A stretch of 64,000 bases of DNA from Moraxellaceae bacterium (GCA_003543245.1 DPJB01000007.1:6011-70010), one strand, 5' to 3'; positions 16,924 to 27,154 are shown, numbered from the stretch's first letter. Translations and numbers: made by a program. The notes: generated by a model from the letters alone, not told the origin.

Positions 16924-17547
16924 ATGTCCAGCCGTCCGAGTCGTGAAGAACGTGCCGAACTCAAGCGAGAGCGCATCCTGGAGGAGGCGCTTACTGTCTT
17001 TTCTGAAAAGGGCTATCACGGTGCCAATATTGCGGATATCGCCAGGCGTCTCGAAATGGGGCATGGCACTTTTTACCGCTATTTCGAAAACAAGCACGAT
17101 ATCTTCATCGAGCTGATCAACCGTGTGCTGCAACGGCTGGCGGTGGTGATGACCGAACAGAATCCGCACGAGGCCAACAGCCGCGAAGACTATCGGTGCC
17201 AGCTGGAGGGTATCGGGGAAACCTTCATGCGCCTGTACTGGGAAGACCCGCGTATCGGCCGCCTGGTGTTTTATGAGGCGATGGGGGCCGGGGCCGAAGT
17301 GCGCCAGACGCTGGAGCGCATGAATGACCTTTCCGTGCTGGCAACCCAGGAGTATCTGCGTAACGGCATGGCCAAGGGGTATATGCGGGCCGATCTGGAT
17401 GTGCCCGTGACAGCACGGGCGCTCATGGCGATGGTGTTTGAGGGGTGCCGCCAGGTCATGCGCGAACCCGACCAGAACCCGGAGCAGGCAAGCCGGCGCT
17501 GGATTGCCGCTGTCATGGCCATCATTCTGGACGGCATTACCCTCTGA
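16924..17547 (+). CDS. TetR/AcrR-family transcriptional regulator
   Basis: The TetR HTH is present: RERILEEALTVFSEKGYHGANIADIARRLEMGHGTFYRYFENKHDIF. I chose ATG 16924, downstream of the operator palindrome. Confidence 0.85.
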   Translation: MSSRPSREERAELKRERILEEALTVFSEKGYHGANIADIARRLEMGHGTFYRYFENKHDIFIELINRVLQRLAVVMTEQNPHEANSREDYRCQLEGIGETFMRLYWEDPRIGRLVFYEAMGAGAEVRQTLERMNDLSVLATQEYLRNGMAKGYMRADLDVPVTARALMAMVFEGCRQVMREPDQNPEQASRRWIAAVMAIILDGITL

Positions 17548-17590
17548 TCATGGGCGGGGCAGGAGAATCCTGCTTTTTTGCGATGAAACG

Positions 17591-17606
17591 GAATGATGTG
17601 TCATTC
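17591..17606. promoter_or_regulatory. second operator-like palindrome GAATGATGTGTCATTC
   Basis: It matches the 16893 palindrome at 14 of 16 positions. It lies 33 nt upstream of the monooxygenase ATG at 17640. Confidence 0.5.
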
Positions 17607-17639
17607 ATTTTTTCCACTGCAGTGGCAGGAGTCTGGTAA

Positions 17640-19157
17640 ATGAAGCAGTCGGCAGCAGGCGCGGTATCGGCACGCCAGCCTGAACATGAGGTGGTGATCA
17701 TTGGGACCGGTTTTGCAGGGATTGGTGCGGGTATCCGCTTGCGGCAGTCCGGGATTACAGCCTTTGTCATGCTGGAGAGTGCGGACGATCTGGGCGGGAC
17801 CTGGCGCGACAATCATTACCCGGGCATTGCCGTGGACATTCCGTCGTCGACCTATTCGTTTTCCTTTGAGCAAAACCCGTCGTGGTCCCGTGTGTTTGCG
17901 CCGGGACGCGAGCTTTATGCCTATGCCAATCATTGTGTAGACAAGTACGGGTTGCGTCCGCATTTGCGCTTCAATACGCGGGTGGAAAAAACAGTGTTTG
18001 ATGCGGACAACCGTCTGTGGGAGATCCATGACCAGCAGGGCCGAGTCATGACTGCGCGCTTTGTGGTCAGCGCCACGGGTTACCTTACTCAGCCGAAAAA
18101 TCCGGATATTGCCGGGATTGAGACGTTTTCACGTCCCATCCTGCATACGGCACGCTGGGATCATTCGTTGTCGCTGGCAGGCAAGCGGGTTGCGGTGATT
18201 GGTACGGGGGCGACAGCCGTGCAACTGGTGCCGACGATTGCGCCCGAAGTCAGGCAGTTGCATGTGTTTCAGCGCACGCCGATATGGATTTTCCCCAAGC
18301 CGGATGCAGAAATTCCCTGGGTGCTCAAAAAACTGTACGAGCGGCTGCCGTTCACGCAGGGCTCGGCTCGCATGGCCACCAACATCAGCACGGAGCTGAT
18401 CATGGTGCTGGGCGTGGTCTATACGAAACAGATGAAGCCGCTGATCAAGACGGTAGAAGCAATCTGTCGGCAGCACTTGAAGAATCAGGTGAGTGACCCG
18501 GAGACGCGTCGCAAGTTGACGCCTGATTACGGATTTGGCTGCAAGCGTCCAAGCTTTTCCAGTGATTACCTGAAGACGTTCAATCGCAGCAATGTTGAAC
18601 TGGTGACAGAGGGAATTGAAAGGATTACGCCGACTGGCGTCGTCACAAACGATGGGCAGGAGCGCGAGGTTGATGTGCTGGTGTGTGCGACCGGCTTCAA
18701 GGTGTTCGAGAATGGCAATACTCCAACCTACAAGGTGTATGGCGTGAACGGACTGGAGCTGGGGCAGTTCTGGGACGAACAGCGTTATCAGGCCTACCAG
18801 GGCGCCTCGGTCCCGGACTTTCCCAATTACTTTACGGTGATGGGGCCGTATGCCACGACCGGTGCCTCATGGTTTGCCATGATCGAGTCGCAGATGGCGC
18901 ACATCATGCGCTGCATCACGACCGCACGTGAGCGCAGGGCGACGTGGGTCGAGATTCGTCGCGAGGTGCATGATGCCTATTTTGCCGAGATCAGGGAGCG
19001 ACAGCTGAGTACGGTTTTCTACAACAATCATTGTGCAGGGTCGAACAGCTATTACTTTGACCGGCATGGGGATGCGCCGTTCCTGCGGCCGTCATCGGGG
19101 CTGGAGCTGTGGTTGCGCAGCCGCTATTTTCCGATCGGGAACTACCGTTTTGCCTGA
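17640..19157 (+). CDS. flavin-dependent (Baeyer-Villiger/EthA-type) monooxygenase (505 aa)
   Basis: The FAD motif is VVIIGTGFAGIGAG. DDLGGTWRDNHYPG is the BVMO/FMO fingerprint region. The second Rossmann motif is VAVIGTGATAVQ. Confidence 0.85.
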   Translation: MKQSAAGAVSARQPEHEVVIIGTGFAGIGAGIRLRQSGITAFVMLESADDLGGTWRDNHYPGIAVDIPSSTYSFSFEQNPSWSRVFAPGRELYAYANHCVDKYGLRPHLRFNTRVEKTVFDADNRLWEIHDQQGRVMTARFVVSATGYLTQPKNPDIAGIETFSRPILHTARWDHSLSLAGKRVAVIGTGATAVQLVPTIAPEVRQLHVFQRTPIWIFPKPDAEIPWVLKKLYERLPFTQGSARMATNISTELIMVLGVVYTKQMKPLIKTVEAICRQHLKNQVSDPETRRKLTPDYGFGCKRPSFSSDYLKTFNRSNVELVTEGIERITPTGVVTNDGQEREVDVLVCATGFKVFENGNTPTYKVYGVNGLELGQFWDEQRYQAYQGASVPDFPNYFTVMGPYATTGASWFAMIESQMAHIMRCITTARERRATWVEIRREVHDAYFAEIRERQLSTVFYNNHCAGSNSYYFDRHGDAPFLRPSSGLELWLRSRYFPIGNYRFA

Positions 19158-20056
19158 GTGTGTGCCGGACTGGTGACGGCCTTGCGGCAATGATCCAGAA
19201 AGGCCTCCAGCCCCTGGGTCCGGTATTTCTGGCGGTGTATCAGCAGGTAGAGCTCGCGCTCAAGATTGAGGAATGGCGTGGGCAGGACGACCACGCTGCC
19301 GGCGGCCAGTGCGTCTTCCAGTGTGCGCCGTGATGCGCACCCAATCCCGATGCCGGTCTCCACGGCGCGCTTGATGGCCTCGGTATGGCCGAACTCCATG
19401 AGCAGGTTAAGACGGCTGATGCGCCCGAGTATGGCGTTGTCGAATATTTCGCGGGTACCGGAGCCGGGCTCGCGCAGGATCCAGTCGGCTGCCGCCAGAT
19501 CGTCGGCGGCAATCGTTCGAGCGCTGGCCAGCGGGTGCGCGGGTGCGGCAAAAATCACCAGTTCGTCGCGGCACCAGGGAATGACCTCGATGTCGGGCTG
19601 ATGGCAAAAGCCTTCAATGAACCCGACATCAATCTGGAACTGCTCCAGGGCCTGGATGACATGGCGGGTATTGGCAACATCCAGCGTGACCTGGGCACCC
19701 GGATGATGCTGCATGAAGCTGCCTATCATGCCGGGCAGCATGTAGTTGCCGATGGTCAGGCTGGCCCCAATGCGAAGCTGGCCGATCAGTGCGGCATCAC
19801 TGGAGGCTATTGACTCGATTTCGCTGACGCGGGCAATCGCATCAAGGGCCTTGGGCAACAGCAACCGGCCGGAATCGTTCAGTTGCAGGCGCTTGCCGAC
19901 CCGATCAAACAGCTTTCTTCCCAGTTGTGTCTCGAAGTCGGACAGCGACATGCTGGTCGCACTCTGGGTGATGTTGAGGCTTTCAGAGGCACGGGTAACG
20001 TTGCCGCTCTGGGCGACCGCGATGAAGACTTCCAGTTGTTTCAGGGTGATACGCAT
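19142..20056 (-). CDS. LysR-family transcriptional regulator (304 aa)
   Basis: The LysR HTH is present: MRITLKQLEVFIAVAQSGNVTRASESLNITQSATSMSLSDFETQLGRKLFDR. The 3' end overlaps the convergent monooxygenase gene by 16 nt. Confidence 0.9.
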   Translation of the reverse strand: MRITLKQLEVFIAVAQSGNVTRASESLNITQSATSMSLSDFETQLGRKLFDRVGKRLQLNDSGRLLLPKALDAIARVSEIESIASSDAALIGQLRIGASLTIGNYMLPGMIGSFMQHHPGAQVTLDVANTRHVIQALEQFQIDVGFIEGFCHQPDIEVIPWCRDELVIFAAPAHPLASARTIAADDLAAADWILREPGSGTREIFDNAILGRISRLNLLMEFGHTEAIKRAVETGIGIGCASRRTLEDALAAGSVVVLPTPFLNLERELYLLIHRQKYRTQGLEAFLDHCRKAVTSPAHTQAKR

Positions 20057-20296
20057 GGTCGATTCATCAGAAAAGCTGATAATGAATCAACCCTATCAGG
20101 TTTGGCGGGCTTTGAAATCCCTTCCCTGTTGATTCCTCCGGGTATTGCTGCAGCTGCAGGAAGTTGTGGCTGGCAGACTTTTGCATTGCCCTGACCTGTC
20201 CGCTTCGTACCCGAATGCGGTATGGTCGGTCGTGGTTTTCTTGCTGGAACAGGCGTATCCCTGCCTGTCAGCCTCTGTGTTTACAGGTCTTGCATA

Positions 20297-21109
20297 ATGT
20301 CGTCTCTTCCGCCGTCGTCTTCCGCCACCCCGTCCTCTTCTGCTGCTCAGCGCAGTGTGCTGGTGATTGATGACTCGTCAGAAGATCTGGCCTTGTTGAC
20401 CGAATACCTGCGGCATGCCCGGTTACGGATTGCGGTGGCGTTTGATGGTCGTGAGGGTTACCAGAAGGCTTCCGTCATGCTGCCGGACCTGATCCTGCTG
20501 GATGTCCGCATGCCGCGTACGGATGGCTTTGCCGCCTGCCGCTTGCTGAAGGCGGACCCAAGGACCCGCGATATTCCGGTGATCTTCCTGTCGGGCTGCA
20601 ATGAACTGGATGACCGACTGCAGGGCTTGCGTCTGGGTGCTGTCGATTACATCAGCAAGCCGTTTGCGCCAGAGGAAGTGATGGCGCGCGTCAATATTCA
20701 TCTGGATTTGCGCTCGCGTCTGGTGCACCAGACGGTAGCAGCGGTGCCGGAAGAGTCCTTGTCTGCACTCAACAGCACGGTGGTTGCAGCCATGGAAATA
20801 CTGCAGCGGGACATTGGCAATCCACCTTCATTGCCCGAGCTTGCGCATCAGGTGGGCACCAATGAACGACGGCTTACCGAGCTGTTTCGTGAGTCCACCG
20901 GGATGCCGGTGTTTGCCTGGCTGAGGGAGGAGCGATTCCTGATCGCGTGCCGCATGCTGGCGGAGAGCGAGATCGACATTCAGCAGATTGCCGATCATGT
21001 CGGCTATGGCAGTGCCGGCAATTTTACGGCGATGTTCCGTGATCGCCTGGGTGTTACGCCCCGGGATTATCGGCAGTCGCAACGTGATCGCCGGGATGAT
21101 ATCAAATGA
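20297..21109 (+). CDS. response regulator, REC + AraC-type HTH output
   Basis: The receiver shows [11 protein letters not shown]...[13 protein letters not shown]...ISKPF. The C-terminal AraC HTH shows [17 protein letters not shown]...[30 protein letters not shown] chose ATG 20297. The stop overlaps the kinase start (ATGA). Confidence 0.85.
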   Translation: MSSLPPSSSATPSSSAAQRSVLVIDDSSEDLALLTEYLRHARLRIAVAFDGREGYQKASVMLPDLILLDVRMPRTDGFAACRLLKADPRTRDIPVIFLSGCNELDDRLQGLRLGAVDYISKPFAPEEVMARVNIHLDLRSRLVHQTVAAVPEESLSALNSTVVAAMEILQRDIGNPPSLPELAHQVGTNERRLTELFRESTGMPVFAWLREERFLIACRMLAESEIDIQQIADHVGYGSAGNFTAMFRDRLGVTPRDYRQSQRDRRDDIK

Positions 21110-23799
21110 GTACACGCATTGGCTTGCGCGCAGTGGCGCTGGTTGTGCTGTGTTTGCTGGCAGGACTCGTTCGGGCGCATACGGCCGCTGTGGATGCCGG
21201 GCACGACGGGAAGATTATTGCACTGGGTGCCGCACCACTGCTTGTGCTTGATGATCATGTTTCAGTGTTGCGTGACCGCACGGGAAAACTATCAGTGCAA
21301 CAGGTTGCTGATCCGGCGAGAAGTGCGGATTTTCATCTTGCGACCAGCAAGGATCTTGCGCCTGGCTATACGCATGATGCGATCTGGGTGCGTTTTACGC
21401 TGCAAAACCAGTCGACATTGCCACAAACCCGGTACCTTGAAATTGGTCCCCCGCGACTGCAGGATGTCAGGCTTTATTTTCATGACGGCAATAGCTGGAT
21501 ATCCCGGGCGGCAGGCCTGCGTGTGCCAGTGAACCAGCGTGAGGTGTTTTCACGGCAGTCGGTTTTTACGCTTGATCTTGTGGCGGGTGAAGTGCGCACC
21601 TTCTATGTCCAGGTGGTCAGCGGCAATGCCATCATGATTTCGGCCCGGCTGTGGCAGCCAGAATCGTTTTATGATGATGAGCGCTTTGTGGATATGGTGA
21701 ATGGTATCCAGTTTGGTGCCATTTTCCTGTTTTCTGCTTACGCCATGCTGCTGTTCTTCACGACACGAGAGCGTGCATTCCTGTACTTTTCCATTTCGAT
21801 GCTGACGTACGGTTTTTATGATGTTGCCATTCTTCAGTATGGCTTCGAGTTCATCTGGCCGCACTCGCCGGACTGGTCGCAGCGCAGCCCCGGGGTTTTT
21901 CTGGGGTTGGGGGTGGCATCCACCTGCTTTCTGATTGTCGAACTGGCGCAGTTGCGCGAGCGTTTCCCTCGCATTGCAGGTGTCATGCAGTGGATGGCAT
22001 GGGCGGCTCTTTTTCTTGTGCCGCTAATGCTGGTTGCAACGTACTCTTCTGTCGTTCCTCTGGCCAATGCACTGGCAATGTTGCTGGTGGTGACAAGTCT
22101 TGGTGTGAGTCTGGTGGCGGTATACCGGGGCTATCGCAGTGCCTGGCTTTTGCTGCTCGCTTTTGCAATGTTCTGGTTTACGTCAGCGCTTCGCCTGAGT
22201 CAGATTTTCGGATTTTTGCCGCATGGGCTGTGGGTGGATTATGCGCAGTCATGGTCGTTTGTCCTGAGTGGCATGGTCATGGCTGTGGTGCTGGCAGACA
22301 AGGTGACGCAATTCCGGCTGGAGCGGGAGCAGGCGCAGAGGGCCGTGCTGGCGGAACGGCTGGTGTCGGCACGACGTCTTGAAAAGCAGGTGACGGAGCG
22401 TACGACGGAGTTGCTGGAGGCCAAGGACAAGGCCGAAGAAGCCAGTCGGGCCAAGTCCACATTCCTGGCGCATATGAGTCACGAGTTGCGCACGCCATTG
22501 CACAGCATTCTGGGCTACAGCCGGCTGGTCCTGGACACGGATCTGGGGATGGTCAATCAGCGGCGCATCGAAGCAGTACAGCGCAGTGGCCGGCATCTGT
22601 TGACGCTGATTGACGAGCTGCTGGATTACGCCCGTGGCGAATCCGGTCGCCTGCAACTGGAACCTCGTCCGGTATATCTGCGGGCGCTGCTGGAGTCGGT
22701 AGTGGAGGATGTGTTGCCGCTGGCGCAGTCAGTGGGGGCAGACCTTCATACTGATATTGATCAGGCCCTGCCGCCAGTTGTACAGGCAGATGCGGTGCGC
22801 TTGCGACAGGTCTTGGGCAATCTGCTGACCAATGCCTGCCGGCACAGTCACGCCAGCCGTATCAGCCTGCAGGTCAAGTTGTTGCCGGAAATGAAGCTGG
22901 CAGCTGATCAGGCGACGCTGTGGATTGCCGTGCGTGATAACGGTACAGGCATTCCTGAAGCGGCTCGTGAGCGGATTTTCCGTCCGTTTGAACAGGTGGC
23001 GGCTACGGCAACCAGCCAGGGGGTGGGGTTGGGGTTGGCCATTGCCCATCAACTGGTGGGTCTGATGGGCGGGGTGTTGCAGTGCGATTGCCCGGCGACC
23101 GGTGGCAGCCTCTTTCATTTTCGCATCACGCTGTCGCTGGCCGCCGAGTCGGACCTGGCGGCAGTACAGGGGCCCCTCGCCCCGCATCAGTATGAGGGCA
23201 GGGTCCGGCGTATTCTGGTGGTGGACGATATTGCCGAGAACCGTGCGTTACTGGCGGACATTCTGGCCAGTTCGGGTTTTGACCTGGCGCTGGCAGCAAA
23301 CGGTGAGGCAGCGCTTTCCCTGCTGGCAACGCAGTCATTCGATGCCGCCATTATTGACCAGTTCATGCCTGGCTTGAGCGGGTGGCAGGTGCTTCGCCGC
23401 GCGCGGGAGCAGAAATGCTTCCTGCCCTTCCTGCTGCTCTCTGCCACCCGTCCGGTGCCACCAGTGGACTGGCCTGCCGACTTGTCATTTGCGGCAACCC
23501 TGATGAAGCCTGTTGATCCGGACGGATTGCTCCGCGCACTGGGCGGGGTACTGGGTCTGGGTACTGAGGAAAGCCTTCCCCGCCATCGTGCGGTCAACCC
23601 CCCACAGGAGTGGTGTCGTCCCTCTGCCCAAAGTCTGGATCGCCTGCTGCAGGCGGTGGAAATGGGGCAGGTGACAGACATTGAAGAGTGGGTGGATGAC
23701 ATCATCACGACCCATCCTGAGTCACAGGAGTTTGCACAGATTGTGCGCGATGCGGTCCGGCGGCTCGATTTCACAACCATTCGCCGGCTTCTGGAGTAG
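21106..23799 (+). CDS. hybrid sensor histidine kinase with 7TMR-DISM-type periplasmic and 7-TM input, HisKA, HATPase, REC and a ~110-aa C-terminal extension (897 aa)
   Basis: It has a signal/TM, then an extracellular region, then about seven hydrophobic helices (aa ~200-400). The H-box is [20 protein letters not shown], the ATPase G-boxes are DNGTGIP and GVGLGLAI, and the receiver shows [11 protein letters not shown]...[11 protein letters not shown]. Confidence 0.85.
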   Translation: MSTRIGLRAVALVVLCLLAGLVRAHTAAVDAGHDGKIIALGAAPLLVLDDHVSVLRDRTGKLSVQQVADPARSADFHLATSKDLAPGYTHDAIWVRFTLQNQSTLPQTRYLEIGPPRLQDVRLYFHDGNSWISRAAGLRVPVNQREVFSRQSVFTLDLVAGEVRTFYVQVVSGNAIMISARLWQPESFYDDERFVDMVNGIQFGAIFLFSAYAMLLFFTTRERAFLYFSISMLTYGFYDVAILQYGFEFIWPHSPDWSQRSPGVFLGLGVASTCFLIVELAQLRERFPRIAGVMQWMAWAALFLVPLMLVATYSSVVPLANALAMLLVVTSLGVSLVAVYRGYRSAWLLLLAFAMFWFTSALRLSQIFGFLPHGLWVDYAQSWSFVLSGMVMAVVLADKVTQFRLEREQAQRAVLAERLVSARRLEKQVTERTTELLEAKDKAEEASRAKSTFLAHMSHELRTPLHSILGYSRLVLDTDLGMVNQRRIEAVQRSGRHLLTLIDELLDYARGESGRLQLEPRPVYLRALLESVVEDVLPLAQSVGADLHTDIDQALPPVVQADAVRLRQVLGNLLTNACRHSHASRISLQVKLLPEMKLAADQATLWIAVRDNGTGIPEAARERIFRPFEQVAATATSQGVGLGLAIAHQLVGLMGGVLQCDCPATGGSLFHFRITLSLAAESDLAAVQGPLAPHQYEGRVRRILVVDDIAENRALLADILASSGFDLALAANGEAALSLLATQSFDAAIIDQFMPGLSGWQVLRRAREQKCFLPFLLLSATRPVPPVDWPADLSFAATLMKPVDPDGLLRALGGVLGLGTEESLPRHRAVNPPQEWCRPSAQSLDRLLQAVEMGQVTDIEEWVDDIITTHPESQEFAQIVRDAVRRLDFTTIRRLLE

Positions 23800-24033
23800 C
23801 TTGCCGCTTGTCGTGATTTCTGGCGGCCTGGTCAGAAACGCCCTTCTTAAAGTCGCTTCCCCATAAAAACCAGCAGGTTGAGCATAAGTCTTTACTACCC
23901 CAAAAGAGGTAATTTTGGAGAGTAAATGTGAACTGCTTCGCATTTTTCACACCCGGGGTGCCGGGTACGGACGAGTAAACCCAGGAAGGGGCCGGAGCGG
24001 GACACATAACCAGTGCAACCAACCGGGGCTTCC

Positions 24034-25029
24034 ATGACACATTCTACTTATCTGGCCAGGATGGCACTTTTGATGGCAGCGGTGCTGGCGCCGGCTGTCC
24101 ATGCTGCAGGAACCGCAGCAGGCACGGATATCACCAACACCGCCACAGCCACCTTTACTGATCCAGGTGGTACGCCGGTGACGGTGCCGTCTAATACGTC
24201 AATCTTGCAGGTCGACGAAATTCTGGATGTGACAGTGGTGTCAAATGATGCCGGCAACGTGGCTGTCACCACTCCTGATGCCGACGTACCGCTCAAGTTC
24301 ACCGTGACCAACATCGGTAACGGTGACGAGACCTTTGCGCTGACGTTCAACAACGCGCTGGGTGGCGACCAGTTCAATCCCTCCAATACCCGTATTTATC
24401 TCGATGCCAACGGCAATGGCACTTTTGAAATCGGCACGGACACACTGTATGTGGCCGGAACCAATGACCCCGTGCTGGCGGCTGATGGCACCCGGGTCGT
24501 GTTTGTGGTCAGTGATATTCCGGGCAGCCTTGCCAATACCAATGTTGGTCTGGTCAGCCTGATTGCCGAGGCCGTTACCGTACAGGCAACGCCGGGTGCC
24601 GATGCACCGGGTACCGCATTTGCCGGTCAGGGTGCGCTGGGCAGCGATGCCGTCGTGGGTAGCACGCAGGCTGATGCCACGGCGCAACGCGGTTTTGTGG
24701 TGTCGCAGGTAACCACAACATTCACCAAGAGCCAGGCCGTGGTGAATGATCCTGTGTTCGGTACCAATGCCGTGCCGGGTGCCACCATTACTTACACCCT
24801 TGAACTTGATGCTACCGGCTCCGGCAACCTGACCGGTGCGGCAATCAGTGACCCGATTCCTGCCGGCACCTCCTATGTTCCGGGCTCCCTCACGCTCAAT
24901 TCTGTAGCACTGACTGATGTGGCGGATGCCGATGCAGGCAGCGTGGTTGCAGGAACGGTGACGGTCACTCTGGGGACGGTTGCTGCACCGGCAACAAATA
25001 CGGTCACCTTCCAGGTGACGATCGACTGA
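24034..25029 (+). CDS. secreted DUF11-type (conserved repeat domain) protein, subunit-like (331 aa)
   Basis: The signal peptide is MTHSTYLARMALLMAAVLAPAVHA|AG. The mature N-terminus is AGTAAGTDITNTATATFTDPGGTPVTVPSNT. The C-terminal DUF11-like segment is VVNDPVFGTNAVPGATITYTLELDATGSGNLTGAAISDPIPAGTSYVPGS. The start is ambiguous (GTG 24013 or ATG 24034). Confidence 0.7.
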   Translation: MTHSTYLARMALLMAAVLAPAVHAAGTAAGTDITNTATATFTDPGGTPVTVPSNTSILQVDEILDVTVVSNDAGNVAVTTPDADVPLKFTVTNIGNGDETFALTFNNALGGDQFNPSNTRIYLDANGNGTFEIGTDTLYVAGTNDPVLAADGTRVVFVVSDIPGSLANTNVGLVSLIAEAVTVQATPGADAPGTAFAGQGALGSDAVVGSTQADATAQRGFVVSQVTTTFTKSQAVVNDPVFGTNAVPGATITYTLELDATGSGNLTGAAISDPIPAGTSYVPGSLTLNSVALTDVADADAGSVVAGTVTVTLGTVAAPATNTVTFQVTID

Positions 25030-25036
25030 TTGGGGG

Positions 25037-25594
25037 TTGGCAATGACTTTATTGATGACTTTGTTGAGTGTGTGCTGCCGGAAAATGTCTTCAGTGTCGG
25101 GGCGCGGTGTTGCTGCTGCGTCTGTGTTGCTTCTGTCGATACTTGCGTCGCCGGTGTTTGCGGCGCCGGAAGCGGCGGCCGGCCTGCAGTTGAAAACCGA
25201 TGCCTTTCGTGAGGTGGAAGTTGTCGGCAAGGGCGGCAAAAAAGAAAAGCAGTTGCAGGCACTGACGCGTGCACTGCCAGGGCAGGAAGTGATCTATGTG
25301 ATCACGTATCGCAATACCGGCACCAAACCTGCTGAAAAGGTAGTGGTGAATAACCCGGTACCGAAAGGGCTGGCTTACCAGTCCGGTTCGGCGCAGGGCA
25401 ACGGTGCGCTTGCCGAAGTCTCGGTTGATGGTGGTAAGCAGTACGGCCAGCTGGACGCACTCAGGATTACGGGTGCTGATGGCAAGCCACGTGCGGCAAA
25501 AGCTGAAGATGTAACGCATGTGCGCTGGACTGTCGCTGCGGCGGTCAAGCCCGGCAGCGAAGGCAAGGTTACCTATCGCGCGCTGCTCAAGTAA
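25037..25594 (+). CDS. small secreted single-DUF11-domain protein (185 aa)
   Basis: It has a signal peptide. The DUF11-like segment is LPGQEVIYVITYRNTGTKPAEKVVVNNPVPKGLAYQSGS...VRWTVAAAVKPGSEGKVTYRALLK. It starts 7 nt after the previous gene. Confidence 0.7.
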   Translation: MAMTLLMTLLSVCCRKMSSVSGRGVAAASVLLLSILASPVFAAPEAAAGLQLKTDAFREVEVVGKGGKKEKQLQALTRALPGQEVIYVITYRNTGTKPAEKVVVNNPVPKGLAYQSGSAQGNGALAEVSVDGGKQYGQLDALRITGADGKPRAAKAEDVTHVRWTVAAAVKPGSEGKVTYRALLK

Positions 25595-25799
25595 TTCCCC
25601 GTCAGCGCTGTTGTGCTGATGGCGCCTGGCGCCTGCCTGTCCTGGCGGGTGCCGGGCGATTGTTCTCGGGAATACCTGTTTTGCCGGATGCCGGATGCAT
25701 CCGTTCAATCGCCTGATGGTCTGGGCACATCGATCAAAAATGGATTTTGACGCTTGCGTGGTGGCAATCGCCGCCGCGTTGCGTTGCCGGTTGAGTCCG

Positions 25800-25836
25800 G
25801 AAGCAGGAGGAGTGCGGTCCGGACTCCTCCTGCTTC
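25800..25836 (+). terminator. strong hairpin (14-bp perfect stem), possible attenuator or partial terminator
   Basis: The arms GAAGCAGGAGGAGT and ACTCCTCCTGCTTC flank a 9-nt loop, followed by tggtgttgt. It lies in the 312-nt gap between cluster genes 2 and 3. Confidence 0.4.
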
Positions 25837-25906
25837 TGGTGTTGTATGCAGTGTGGTTTCGGGCCGTATCCAGTTCCTTGAACATAACGTGTGGAGTGTA
25901 TCCATC

Positions 25907-27049
25907 ATGAAAATCAGAAAAAACGGAGTCAGGTTTGCGCTTGCAGCAAGTCTGACACTGTGCGCTCTGCCGGAGGCCTTTGCGGCCGGTACGGCGGCGG
26001 GCACAGACATCAACAACACCGCTTCGGTGGATTACGAGGTGGGTGGCATCAACCAGCCTGATGTGTCCAGTAATACGCTGACCTTCAAGGTCGATCGCAA
26101 GATCAATCTGACAGTGGCTGAAGTGGGTGGTGCCTCAACTGAGGTTGTGCCGGGCTCATCGGCCCGGGTGCTGACATTCACGGTAACCAACAACTCGAAT
26201 GCCCCGATGGACTTCCGTCTGGTTGCAACGCAGGACGCCATCAGTGCCACGACGGCGTTCGGGGATACCGACAGTTTTGATGTGACTGCGCCGTTGGTGT
26301 TTGTCGACGTCAACAATAACGGTGTTTATGACTCCCTTGTTGATACCGCCACATTCATTGATGAACTGCCGGCGGACATGCCGAAGACGGTCTTTATTGT
26401 CTCCACAATACCGGCTGGACAGATCAATGGCGATACAGCGGGTCTGACACTGACGGCAGTGGCTGCGCAGAGCACTGACGGCACTGGCGCCTATGTTGCT
26501 ACAGCCACCACCCTCGCGGCTGATGCTGTAGAAACCAACACTACCAGCACGGATAACGCTGCGTTCGTCGATACCGTGTTTGGTGATGTGGCCGGTGATA
26601 CCGATGGCGCAGGCGATGGTCGTCACAGTGACAACGACGAGTATGACGTTGTCACTGCTGCGATTGTTGTGGTGAAAAGCTCCACCGTGGTCAGTGACCC
26701 CTTCAATGGCACCAGCTTCCCCAAGGCCATTCCGGGCGCCGTTATCGAGTACTGCCTTGATGTGCTGAACAGCGGTACTGCTGCTGCTGGCTCCATCGTG
26801 CTGAGCGATGCCATTCCTGCCAATACCACGTATGTGGCTGGCAGCATCAAGTCGGCACCGACGGGTACGGGTTCGACATGCGATGTCGGAACCGGTCTTG
26901 CCGAGGATGACGACAACGCAGACGGTGCTGAAGTGGACGGTGCTACTGGCGACTTTGGTGCAACGGCGGCCGGTACGGTCACTGTACGCGCCGATAGCAT
27001 CGGTGCCAGTTCGCGTTTCAAGACGACATTCCGCGTGACAGTGGACTAG
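25907..27049 (+). CDS. secreted DUF11-type protein, paralogue of the 24034 gene (380 aa)
   Basis: I chose ATG 25907. The signal peptide is MKIRKNGVRFALAASLTLCALPEAFA|AG. The mature N-terminus is AGTAAGTDINNTASVDYEVGG. The C-terminal segment is VVSDPFNGTSFPKAIPGAVIEYCLDVLNSGTAAAGSIVLSDAIPANTTYVAGS. Confidence 0.7.
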   Translation: MKIRKNGVRFALAASLTLCALPEAFAAGTAAGTDINNTASVDYEVGGINQPDVSSNTLTFKVDRKINLTVAEVGGASTEVVPGSSARVLTFTVTNNSNAPMDFRLVATQDAISATTAFGDTDSFDVTAPLVFVDVNNNGVYDSLVDTATFIDELPADMPKTVFIVSTIPAGQINGDTAGLTLTAVAAQSTDGTGAYVATATTLAADAVETNTTSTDNAAFVDTVFGDVAGDTDGAGDGRHSDNDEYDVVTAAIVVVKSSTVVSDPFNGTSFPKAIPGAVIEYCLDVLNSGTAAAGSIVLSDAIPANTTYVAGSIKSAPTGTGSTCDVGTGLAEDDDNADGAEVDGATGDFGATAAGTVTVRADSIGASSRFKTTFRVTVD

Positions 27050-27077
27050 TCGTCCTGATTCGCTCAGGGAACTGGAT

Positions 27078-27112
27078 GAGCTGTCCGGCCAAATGTTCAG
27101 GCCGGACAGCTC
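27078..27112 (+). terminator. hairpin (13-bp perfect GC-rich stem) after gene 3, possible partial terminator or mRNA stabiliser
   Basis: The arms GAGCTGTCCGGCC and GGCCGGACAGCTC flank a 9-nt loop. There is no clear T-run afterwards. Confidence 0.4.
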
Positions 27113-27154
27113 CCTTCAGACACGGTACGTTTTATCACTGATGCAAGTGAGTAC

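Noticed and set aside
20066-20080. The palindrome ATCAGAAAAGCTGAT (T-N11-A type), just upstream of the LysR start codon. I considered it as a possible LysR autoregulatory box.
   Set aside because: It lies only about 10 nt from the start codon, where the RBS should be. It is a single short site and T-N11-A patterns are frequent, so I kept it as a note rather than a feature.
23470-23799. The C-terminal tail of the hybrid kinase, considered as an Hpt domain.
   Set aside because: I saw no HxxKG-type phosphorylatable His motif. I left it as an unassigned extension (see findings).
24241-25239. Long minus-strand ORFs across the DUF11 cluster (24241..25239, 25091..25885, 28528..29226, 30602..32395, 32663..33310).
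   Set aside because: All lie antisense to plus-strand genes that show signal peptides and coherent domain motifs. Their translations are Arg/Gly/His-rich with no features, so they are GC-driven open frames.
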